DNA from: Eledone cirrhosa
Taxonomy: Eukaryota
DNA: 64,000 nt
Assembly (NCBI GenBank): GCA_964016885.1
Contig: OZ024741.1
Location: forward strand, 223,634,001 to 223,698,000
Direction: 5' to 3'
The first letter of the stretch is position 1, and the number at the start of each line of letters is the position of its first letter. Of this stretch, positions 40,425-51,749 are shown piece after piece. The translations under genes and the position numbers were made by a program. The notes under the pieces are model-generated. The model was given only the letters and a program-made list of their open reading frames with translations. It was not told where the DNA came from and ran no database searches.

Positions 40425-40738
40425 TCTATTACCGCATGGACAAATAAAAGTAAGTAATGTTCAAAACTACAGGAAAACAGCACAATTGGTGGTATCTATG
40501 ATTCGAGATAGTCATTATGAAACAAGATGGCGTCGCATTTCTTTTCCAAAACAAGGATATGGTCGCATGACGAGGCTAAGCCAATCAGATGGCTGCATTT
40601 GAAGAAGAAAGACCATGTTAGCTGGCCAGTCAGCCATGTTGAAAAAAAAAAAATTTTTTTTTCTTTTTTGTGTAAGACGAACAATTTTCAATTTAAAACG
40701 AATGGGGAAATTAAGCAGGCTTCGTTTTCATATTTAAT

Positions 40739-40753
40739 CGTCGAGGGTCACCA
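40739..40753 (-). promoter_or_regulatory. Primer binding site, tRNA-Trp-like
   Basis: TGGTGACCCTCGACG 3 nt after the 5' LTR; resembles the complement of the tRNA-Trp 3' end (TGGTGACCCCGACG). Confidence 0.75.
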
Positions 40754-40756
40754 CTT

Positions 40757-41095
40757 TAGGCGGGCGATGGTCGTCTAATTAGATATTGTTTACTAGCACA
40801 TGGTCAAACAAGGAATAAGGAACATACATCAATTTTATGTTATAAAAACATTTTTTAATAGGAGCAATTACAGAATATATTCAAATACATTAGTGCTCCT
40901 AGGTTGGGATATATTTAAGTCGTCGTATACTGCCGCATGGTGTGATATCGTCCTTTTGGTCACTGCATAGAAACACGTCTATTCACCCCGAGGAGATCAT
41001 CGTTTAATAAATATTGCTTCAGCTACTGACGTCAGAACTAAGGGTAGTTAATTGACTGCCTTCACAGCCGACGCTAGATGTTGTGATCTTCTACA
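40757..41095 (-). repeat. 5' LTR (339 bp)
   Basis: About 12 substitutions plus a ~10-bp indel relative to the 3' LTR, counted by eye. Confidence 0.95.
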
Positions 41096-41222
41096 AATTG
41101 TTCGGTAGACAGTTATGTAAGTAAACAGATAGACAGATTGAATTTTTGTTTTTATTGTCCGAAGATAATAAATATCCCTGCATAAATACATATGTATGAA
41201 TAAATAAATATATCTTTGTGTG

Positions 41223-41254
<32 letters not shown>

Positions 41255-42139
41255 AGTATATATATATATTCTAACCCGTCGAATCTTCTCTGTTCTTCCT
41301 TTTCTCTCCTTCTCTCCCACTTTTCCCCCCTCTCTCTCAGAAGCACCATTAACACCACACTTCAGTTTTTGTTCCACAAAGGAATCCAGCAACTTGTTTC
41401 TGCCACGAAAGACCAATCAGCTAAGATCAATCTATTCTATACTGCTTTGTTTTTATTTATTTATTTATTCCTTAGTCAATTTCATAAACTTCTGACTTTT
41501 TAATGTTTTGGTTTGCTGGCATTAGCTTTAGCAACATCTTGCTCTAACGTTACCACATAACTCCCACCACCTTCTGGTCTGTTGTTTGTAAGACATGGCC
41601 ATTCATCCCCCCCTTATCCACCATCTTCTCATCCAGTCCTTTTCACACTTACCCTCTTACATCATCAATACCAATTCACTACTCTGTAGACAGTTGCTGC
41701 ACTGTGTAGATGAGTATCAAGGAGAGCAGTCACTCTGAGTATAGTAAGATTAAGATTGCACAGGGCAGCCCATCTAGAAGAGTAAACACTCCAAATAAAA
41801 ACTGATATAAGATAGAGAGATTCTTAAATCCAATAAGACAATCTCTCTAGTGCTGGTGGCACAAATAAAGCATCCAGTCTATGCTGTAAAATAGTTGGTG
41901 AGAGGAAGGGCATTCAGCCAGAAAAAAACCCTACCAAAATTTTGGAAAGCACAACAAATTTATCTAACATTAATTGTATATACAGGGGTAACACTAGTCA
42001 TGTTAGTGTTGTGGGCAGTAGTGGGGTGGCCAGAGTAATCATGTGTGGGAACCCCTTGACTGTCATCAAGCAATTAGTCTTTTCCCCTCCAGGTACAAAG
42101 AGCTGCTACTCAAGGAACTAACCACTGACAAGTTCCAAA

Positions 42140-42940
42140 TCTCAGGACTGTCACTTTCAATGCTGGCACCTTGAAAGGTAAATCAGGTAAATTTGTGGAG
42201 CTGTTAGAGAGGAAAGAGGTGGATGTATGCTGTGTATAGGAGGTGCTCTCAGGCAAACAACATAATACAAACCTTTCTGGGTAGGAAATGATGGGGTAGG
42301 TGGTGTAGGTATTCTATTAGCTGAGAAATAGAAGTGATAGAGTAAGTGACAGAATTATCAAGTTTAGAATAGCTGTAGGAAATAGAATGCTGACAATTAC
42401 TTCTAGCTATGCACCTCAGGCAGGACTGAGTAAATAACTAAAGGACAGGTTCTATGAGAATTTTTTACAAAAAACCTCAGTTACCAGTGAAAAAGATCTT
42501 ATCTTAGCAGATAATTTCAATGAACATGTTGGACAGTACCAAAATGGATTCATTGGATTTCACAGTGGCTATGGTTATGGCTCAAGAAATGAAGAGAGAT
42601 TGAGACTCTAGGAATTGAGATGCAAATGAACTAACCATTTGCAACACAAATTTCAGGAAACCAGTCAGCTATATGATCACATACCAATCAGGCAAACAGA
42701 CAAGCTGAATTGATTTCTTACTTGTAAGAAAATGAGATAAATGGAGTGTAATAAATACTAAGGCTTTCCCTGGGGAAGAATGTGTTGTCGAACACAAATT
42801 AGTTATTAGTGGCATCGGGATAATCACAAGACAGAACAAAATATGCAGGAAAATATGGAAACAGGTTTGGAAGCTAAAAGACCTTTCTGTTAAATATAGA
42901 TTTAGAAAGGCCCTAAGGGATGCAGTATATGAGAGGGGTG
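42140..42940 (+). mobile_element. Decayed RTE LINE apurinic endonuclease region
   Basis: LRTVTFNAGTLKGKS..VDVCCV*EV, SSYAPQAG, FNEHVG, GYGYGSRNEE, NTNFRKP, ITYQSG, GEECVVEHKLV. Confidence 0.85.
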
Positions 42941-43059
42941 GTGAGCTAGGTACATTATCGTTGGATTTAGCTTTGCATCGGGATTTCAAATGAATTTTCG
43001 TCATTGCGGACCTACCTCATCCTATTCTCGGTGCCGATTTTTTACACCATTATTCACTG

Positions 43060-43977
43060 TTGGTAGATGTCAGGAGACAGAAACTTGTGGATGGTACCAC
43101 ATCTTTATCTACGCCTGCTCGTAGGTCTACTGCTACTGTCATAAGTCCCTCATTTTTTATAGCTGCCTCTGGAAACCAGTTTCATTCCTTTCTTGCCTCG
43201 TTTCCCGAGTTAACTGACATCTCATTTAAACCGAATCAGGTAGTCCACTCGACTCGACACTTTATTACAACAACTGCCCCGCCTGTTTTCTCTCATCCAC
43301 AGAGGTTGGATCCGGACAGGCTAAAGAAAGCTAGAGATGAGTTCGAACACATGCTTCAGCTCGGTCTTATTCGACCTTCCACCAGCCCATGGGCATCTCT
43401 GCTTCACTTGGCTCGAAAGGGTGAAGCAGATTTTAGGCCGGTGGGAGATTATCGACCACTTAATGCCATCACTACACCTTATCGTTATCCTTTACCAAAT
43501 TTACAGGATTTTTCATCCGTTCTGCATGGATGCAAGATATTTTCTAAAATAGATCTGGTACGGGCTTACCATCAAATACCCATGCATCCAGAAGACATAC
43601 CAAAAACAGCTGTGACCACCCCTTTTGGTTCGTTTGAATTTCTGTCCATGCCTTTTGGTTTGCGGAATGCCTCTAGCACGTTCCAGCGTTTTATCGATGA
43701 AGTCACACGGGGATTGGATTTCGTGTTTGCTTACGTGGATGACCTCCTGATAGCCAGTGACACAGCTGAACATCATCATCAACATCTATCTCAGTTATTT
43801 CAACGTCTCCAATCGTACCAAGTCAGAATCAACCCAGCTAAATGCGTGTTTGGTACAGCTTCACTGGAATTCCTTGGACATCTTATAGATTTGGAAGGCA
43901 TTCGACCTTTGCCATCTAAGGTGGAAGCGATTCAGCGTATCGCACACACACCCCACCTCCTTGAAACAATTACGTAA
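43060..43977 (+). pseudogene. Gypsy reverse transcriptase
   Basis: [43 protein letters not shown]; frameshift at ~43960. Confidence 0.93.
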
Positions 43978-45694
43978 TTTCTTGGGATTAATTAACTTTT
44001 ATCGTCGCTTCATTCCTAACTGTGCGGACAAGTTGTTTCCCTTGACACAGATTTTAAAGGCTGCAAAAAAGAAAGATGCTCCTATTTCACTTTCTGCCGA
44101 TGCATTGCAGTCTTTTGAATCAGTCAAGTCCGAGATAGCTAAAGTTTCCTTCCTCGCCCATCCTGTTGCAAACGCGAGGCTTTCTTTAACTGTTGATGCA
44201 TCTAATCATGCTGTTGGAGCAGTTTTGCAACATACGATCAACCACCAGGTTCAACCACTGGCATTTTTCTCACGCCAACTTAAACTAGCAGAACAGAGAT
44301 ACAGCACCTTTGACAGAGAACTTTTGGCAGTTTATCTTGCACTATCTCGACTTTCTGTGTGTTCTCTTGTGTCTCCTGCACATATCGATTTGGTTGCCAT
44401 GACAACTGACCAACCTACTTTGGATTCGTTGGACATTTCTTCTGACCAGTTCTCCTGCTGCAAATTGGAATATATTTACCTCTTCCATCTTCTGAAGGGA
44501 AAAACTCTCTGCGATATTTCTACTGGCTCACCCAGACCACTTGTTCCAGTTTGCCATCAACGTACCGTTTTTGATGCACTTCATTCCTTGTCCCATCCCG
44601 GCATAGCTGCCACGGTGAAGCTCATCACGGCTCGATTTTTCTGGCCTAATATGCGTCGTTTAATCAACGGTTGGGCACGTTCTTGTTTGAAGTGTCAGCG
44701 CTCCAAGATTTATCAGCATATCTGCGCTCCTCTTGGCAAATTCAGCCCGCCAGACGCACATTTCCGTCATATTCATATGGATATTGTTGGTCCGTGGCCC
44801 GTTAGTCGTGGGTTCACATATATATTGACTTGTATCAATCGTTTCTCTCGGTGGCCTGAAGCCATACCCCTAGTGGACATAACAGCAGAGTCTGTTGCCC
44901 GAGCTTTCATTTCCAATTGGATTGCTCGCTTTGGTGTTCCTTCTAAAATAACCACGGATCGAGGACGCCAGTTCGAGGCCTCCTTATTTTGTGAAATATC
45001 ACGACTTTTGGGTGCTCATCACATTCATACGACCAGCTATCACCCAGCCTCCAATAGAATGGTAGAGAGGTTTCACAGACAGTTGAAAGCTGCACTTCGC
45101 GCTACTCCTGATCCGCAACGTTGGACCAAATTTTTGCCAATCGTGCTTCTTGGTTGTCGTTCTGCCATTAAGACAGATTTGGGTTTCTCTTCTGCTGAAC
45201 TTCTTTATGGTACCACATTGACTCTTCCTGGTCAAATGTTAGCACTGATGGATTCATCGCATCTTGATCCAGCATCATATGTCACCAGGATTCGTTCGTA
45301 TTTCTCGGATCTTCCAACAATGAACCCTCGTATCCAGTCTATTTCTTCTGCTGTTCCATCGGACATCTCTACGTGGACACACATTTTTATACGGAATGAT
45401 TCCGTCAAGGGACCGCTTACATCACCCTACAATGGACCTTTTCGTGTGCTTTCGCACACACCAAAACATTTCACAGTGGCTGTCAATGGTCGAAAAGAGA
45501 CAATATCCATTGACAGAACAAAGAAGGCTTTCTCTGAAAGTCTCATTACACTGCCTGACATACCTCGTACATACACTCCCACACCAACACCTTCACCTCC
45601 ACCGCAAACACCACATACCACACAACCTTATGTCACACAAGGTGGTAGGACAGTAAAATGGCCAAGTAAACTCTCAAAAACTATCTACATTTAA
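43961..45694 (+). pseudogene. Gypsy RNase H (internally deleted) plus integrase
   Basis: [21 protein letters not shown] joined directly to [42 protein letters not shown]. Confidence 0.93.
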
Positions 45695-46379
45695 CCCCCA
45701 GTGGCATTAACAAACTTCTTTTTCAGTTTCAGATAGAACTAGTGTCAGAAAAGTCTGTACACTAGTAATGTATGAACTATTTGATTTTTGAAGAAACTTT
45801 GAACTTACCATTGAGCATTAATTTTTCTCTGCTCCTTTATATTAACTTTGAATTATCAGTTTGTTACATTCACATTTTTTTCTTTGTAAAATGCATTTAT
45901 TTGTTTTGTGCTTTTTTGCTATTTGCTTCAGTTGCGAGCTCATGTTTTATTTATGCACTTTCTTGTACCTTTGCTTTGCTCCTCATTTCTTACAGGTTCT
46001 CGCTACAATGACCTTTGGTTGGTTGTTCGACTTCTCGTCTGAGAGGGGATCTTGTAGTGCTCTCTAGACAAAGGGAAGTAACTAGAGTTACTTCCCGTAG
46101 AATTCTAGAGTATTCCTTGAACTTCCGTTCTAGGAATTATAAAGGAGGGAGCAAAGAGCAATCTCCCTCTTTGGCGACAGGTTCTTGAACTGTTCACACA
46201 CGAGCGCAAATACACAAAAAATTTTCTATATCTGTTATCTAATTAAATTAGTGGTAGGCCTGCAGTGATGTTTACTGAAGTAAATAACCCTGTGACCAAC
46301 TCACTAAAGCTGGTTTGAACAGAAGAGGTGAGAGAATTCTGGCTGGATACAGCTGGTTTGAATGCTAAAAGGTTAATCC

Positions 46380-47515
46380 CAAAGGGGTGTTCACCACAAC
46401 ACTACATTTAAAATATATTCTGAGATATTGAAAGTGACTTGGAACAAAGCAAGATATGAAGCACAAACATTGACAGACAAAGTGTATAGGAACTGCTTTG
46501 ATGGTCAAGATCTGAAATTTAATTTGTGTACAATTCAACAGCACAAAAATTTTCAAGGATTTGAAGTTGACCTAAATAGAGTGATTGATCTGATTCTCTA
46601 GAAAAGATTCTAAAATCCTTTCAAGGTATGTGTTAAGTGTTAAAACTGAAAGCCAAAAACTTTTGAGCCATCACAAAGCAACAACAGGTAGGCCAATATG
46701 ACAATACAGATCCAACATCAGTTTCAGAAGAAATTGTTCATTCCCCAGGAGACAAATTCAGATGCAAGACTTTTAATGCATTGATATAATTTTAGATCGG
46801 TTGTCTATTGCCTTACAAAAACACAGGTTAGTTCAAAGCCATAGTGAAATTATGTAGTTTACCTGATGCAGAGATAAGAACTGAAGCTGAGAAACTTATC
46901 ACTGCTTTAGTTATGTGTTGATGGAAGAAATTGTCCATCTTGCAACCTTTTTCAAGCTCAGGTCATCTCAGCAGGTGGTGTTATTCCTTTCCTAGTGTTG
47001 ATGTATTTCTTAGTGGTTAGAGCATTGGGCTTGTAATTGAAAGGTTGTGAGATCGATTCTCGGCCCAGGTGATGCGTTGTGTCCTTGAACAAGACACTTT
47101 ATTTCACGTTGTTCCAGTTTACTCAGCTGTAAAAATGAGTTGCGACGTCACTGGTGCCAAGCTGTATCAGTCATTGCCTTTCCCTTGGACAACTTCGGTG
47201 ATGTGGAGAGGGGAGAATGATATGCATGGGCGACTACTGGTCTTCCACAAAACAAACCTTGCCCAGGCTTGTGCCTCAGAGGGAAACTTTCTAGGTGCAA
47301 AACCATGGTCATTTGTGACCAAGTGGGGCCTCAAAATTTGAGCTTAATATTTAGTAAGTGTTCAGGAGAGAGATCATTCAGCAAATTAACACTCAACTGA
47401 GAATCATGATATCCCACAAAATACTAAGTGTTCTCTGCCTACAGGATGTTCTGAAGATGATGTTTGATGAGTCCATTCAAGATTTTCCAGATGTGGAAAG
47501 AAAGACTTTTGCTGG
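46380..47515 (+). mobile_element. Highly decayed hAT transposase remnant, interrupted by a SINE
   Basis: CSGERSFSKL at 47359-47390 (hAT dimerisation motif), followed by FDESIQDF..RK; upstream DKFRCKTF. The 5' boundary is uncertain. Confidence 0.55.
47008..47335 (+). mobile_element. Full-length tRNA-derived SINE (family B head, different tail)
   Basis: A box TAGTGGTTAGAGC, B-box-like GAGATCGATTC, core GTTGTGTCCTTGAACAAGACACTT; a second copy lies at 57235-57560 (-). Confidence 0.85.
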
Positions 47516-48419
47516 TATTATAGTGATACATATCTCTATAAGTAGGTATAACTTACTGTATTTATTTTCTGTAACATTTTGCATTGATAGCTGCATTTAA
47601 CCTTGTGGGGGATTTGATATGTTTTAGCGTAAGCTTTTAGTATATTTGCTAAAATCTTTGTAGCAGCCTTGACAATACATTTATATATAACATCTAACAT
47701 TTACATATTGCGTATATATAAATATGTATATTTCCATTTAACTTTTATGTATGTATCTCTATTTCCATATTACATTTATATATTACTGGTCTGGTTTTTA
47801 TATTTAACATTTGTATGTAGTTATGTATAACTTGTCAATTCCAATTACATACAATAAGCAGGGGTGATATGTAATTTTCTGGTTTTGCTGTGTATTATAT
47901 TTTTTGTGTAAAGAATGGGGACACCAGGCTAGTAGCACCTTGGGTCCCCCCATGGTCTACATATATTTGTGTTTATGTATGCATATCATCATCATCATCA
48001 TCATTTAACGTCCATTTTCCATGCTAGCATGGGTTTGTGTGTGTATGTATATATGTGTGTGTGTTTGTATGAGTTTCTTTGATAAAAAAAAGTTATTTAA
48101 TCAGTTTGTTTTCATCATGTCTAGACACACTATCAAATTCAATATATTGGAAACCATTTAAACACTATTATATTTAATAACATCTTTACCAATACCTCAC
48201 AAAAAAAATGTGCTAGTAATTTTGAGAAGCAGAATTCTGCAACAGGGTTAATGTATTTTCGACTATTAAACCAAAGAATTTGAGATGACAGGATAAATTA
48301 CTTATTGGAAAAATAATGAGTATGTAGTCTGTATTGAAATGTTATACTTTGAATAAGAAATGTGATTGATTAAATTGGGGAATAGAAATTATGGAGTTTA
48401 ATTGATGCATCCTCTGTCT

Positions 48420-48715
48420 TGGATTAGCAATTAAGAGGTTTTAATTGTTATTGTTCAGTCCTTAAATAGCAATTAAGCAGTTTTAATTGATGTTATTCAG
48501 TCTTTGATTAGTAATTAAGAGGTTTTAATTGTTGTCCAGTCCTTGAATAGCAATTAAAGAGGTTTTAATTGATACTGTTCAGTCTTATATTAGCAATAAA
48601 GAGATTTTAATTAATGTTGTTCAGTCCTTGATTAGCAATTAAGGCTTTAATTGTTGTTCATTGCAATTAAGTGGTTTTAATTCCCGTTGTTTAGTCTAGT
48701 CTACATTAACAATTA
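48420..48715. repeat. Degenerate ~40-bp minisatellite
   Basis: TAGCAATTAAGAGGTTTTAATTG..GTTCAGTCCTT about 7 times. Confidence 0.8.
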
Positions 48716-48782
48716 AAATGTTGGAAAGTTTCATATTGTTACTCAGCATTTATGAGACTCTTCCTGCATGTATGTGTGTATA

Positions 48783-48827
<45 letters not shown>

Positions 48828-48859
48828 AGAAATTAAAAGATGGTTAAAGAAGTTCCATA

Positions 48860-50000
48860 TATTTTATGTGCATTTCGAAAATAACATCATCCTGGACAAA
48901 AATTAGCCCATGCATTTGTGTGTGTGTTTTTTGTTTGGTGCGTGTTTGTGTTCTATCTTTGCTCACTAGTGTGTGTTTATGTGTGGTTGTTATTGTACCT
49001 GTGTATATTTATTTATATTTATCTTAGGTCACTATTGTGTGTTTGTGTATGGTTGTTGTTGTTATTCCATTCATTTTTTTCTGTTCAACTTTGGTTTTCT
49101 TAGTTCTATTTCAGTTGCTTCCCTAATTTGTCTACCTGTTGAGTCATTCCTATGTTTAGATATTATTTTAATTTCTATGTTGTCTATATTACCATCATGT
49201 CTTCGTCTGGTGTGTTCATATCATACCGAACCGTCTTTTTGTCCTTTTATTTCTCCCCAGTGTTGGTCTATTCTTTCCCCTATGCTCTGAGCTGTCTCAC
49301 CTATGTATGTCATTGTCATGTTTCTGCACATCTTATGCTATAGACTAAATTTCTAGTTTTACAATTTATTTGTGAATTTATTCTACATATAACACATTTC
49401 TTATTAGTACAGTGGGTTTTCTTAAAGGGGTAAGTCTTGCTGATCAGGGATTTTATGGTAGTTCCTGGCTTTTCTACCACTTTAATCTTTAAATGCGTCT
49501 TTCTTAGAGCCTTTCTAAATTGGTTAGCTAATTCACCTCCAGAGATAGCATCCATGAACATGACACTCTGGTATCTCTGGTTGTCGTACCATGAAGTGGC
49601 TTTCCCTATCTTATGTTTAGTCCTATCTATGCTATTCCATGATTTGCTCCTGTACAATGGACAAATCTCTTTCATGTCCATCTCTATGAGGGTCTTATAT
49701 TTACCATGACTCCTTTGAGATTCCCTGATTCTGTTTCTTTGGTTGTAGCCAGAGAACTGTATGCGATTGATAAAGTGTTGTATGTGTCTTTCCAGTTCAG
49801 TTGGATCGCACATACAGGACACATTCTTCATCACTCTTACCAAGTCTGTGATCAGAATATTAAACTTAGCACTAATGGACATCGCTGAGTTTTTGTGTAT
49901 AAGGTATTTGGAGGCCATGGGTTTAGCATAATGTGAGTGGAGAATTTGGGTTTTCTCGTTTATAGTGTTTAACCAGAGTTCAGTATCAAATATATAAAAT
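48860..50000 (-). mobile_element. Penelope-like element 3' part: RT thumb, Cys linker and C-terminal GIY-YIG endonuclease (Neptune/Nematis-type layout)
   Basis: YAKPMASKYLIHKNSAM, FSGY, CTNKKCVIC..CKTRNLVYSIRC, then after a frameshift TYIGETAQSIGERIDQH..RQIREATEI..PKLNRK. Confidence 0.88.
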
Positions 50001-50311
50001 CTAAGTAGGCCCACTTCAGTCATGACGGAACATGGGTTTGCATTGGGAAGTTCCTCTTCACCTGAGCAAGGAGGGTTGTGAAAGAACAGCAGCCGCCTAT
50101 GCATGCCAAACTGCCCTCTCCCTGCTACTGTTGTTGTTCAAGGGGGAAGGTTTTCATTTTTTCCTGCTGAGTGGACTGGAACAACATAAAATAAAATGTC
50201 TTGTTGAAGGATACGCTGTGCTGCTTGCTCTAGGAATTGAACTCACTATCTTATGATCATGAGCCAAACATCCTAACTACAAAGCCACTTGGCTTCACCC
50301 CACTCCATATA

Positions 50312-50900
<589 letters not shown>

Positions 50901-51749
50901 TAGGAAATGGGAGTGGTTGTTGACATGAATTTAAGCTAGACATGAAATCAACACATAGACTAATTATATTTATGGAATATATCATGTAAATACAGTTTAA
51001 TAGAAAAAGAAAAAAAGGAAATTTAGATTGAGAAGAATAGAATGTAAAATAGGTAAATATAAAGAAAAAAGAGAAAAAAAACAGAAAAGAAAAGGAATGG
51101 CAAGGACTCTAGTGTCACAGAAGGAGAGGGAGGATGATTGGGCTCTGGGCCTAGGTGGTAAAGGGGTGGTAAATGGATTGCGCACCATGGACAAGACTGC
51201 AAAAGCATTCCTGCAAATAATGGCTGCTACTTCTCCAATTTGAAAGATCACAGCTCCGATACTATGGGCATGTGGTTAAACTGTCTCAGGAAAGAATTGC
51301 TAAACAGATTTTACGGGCAAAACAAACCGGCAGGAGACCCTGAGGTAGACCCTGAGCTAGTCGTTGGATAACATCCATGAGTTTGGCTGGTCTCGCTTGG
51401 GGATCCAGCCAGATCATTTGGAGATGATTGCTTCTGACAGGACCTGCTGGAAGGAGTATTTGAAGGCTCTGTTTCCATAACTTTCTCAAGAATAAGGTGG
51501 TGAAGAAGAAAAAGAAAAAGATGGGCTAAGCTAGAAGGAAAAGGGTCAATTTGAAAGATGAAAGAATTATTCATGATCACAGAGATTGAAATACAAAGTT
51601 TGGTGCCAGTTTTCATTGTCATAAAATTCCGCCAGTCAAAACAGATGCAGTCATGTGAGAATAGCTGTAGAATTATGGGATCAAATCATATGTTAGCTTG
51701 GACGATATCTAGAAAAAGTTTTTAGGGATTGATTTATATATATATATAT

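Larger units (their letters stand above)
36209..41095 (-). mobile_element. Full-length decayed Ty3/Gypsy LTR retrotransposon
   Basis: Two LTRs, PBS, PPT and gag-PR-RT-RH-IN domain order, with multiple frameshifts and stops. No clear TSD found. Confidence 0.96.
42950..46225 (+). mobile_element. 5'-truncated Ty3/Gypsy element: protease end, RT, deleted RNase H, integrase, PPT, partial 3' LTR
   Basis: ILGADFL, YVDD, integrase motifs; PPT CTGAGAGGGGA followed by TGTAG at 46053. Confidence 0.93.

Noticed and set aside
47008-47070. tRNA gene
   Set aside because: The A/B-box head continues into SINE body sequence and no complete cloverleaf is evident.
49316-49318. In-frame TGA as selenocysteine (Naiad-type PLE selenoprotein)
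   Set aside because: The YIG motif lies in a different frame, so this is a frameshift. The endonuclease is also C-terminal, unlike Naiad.
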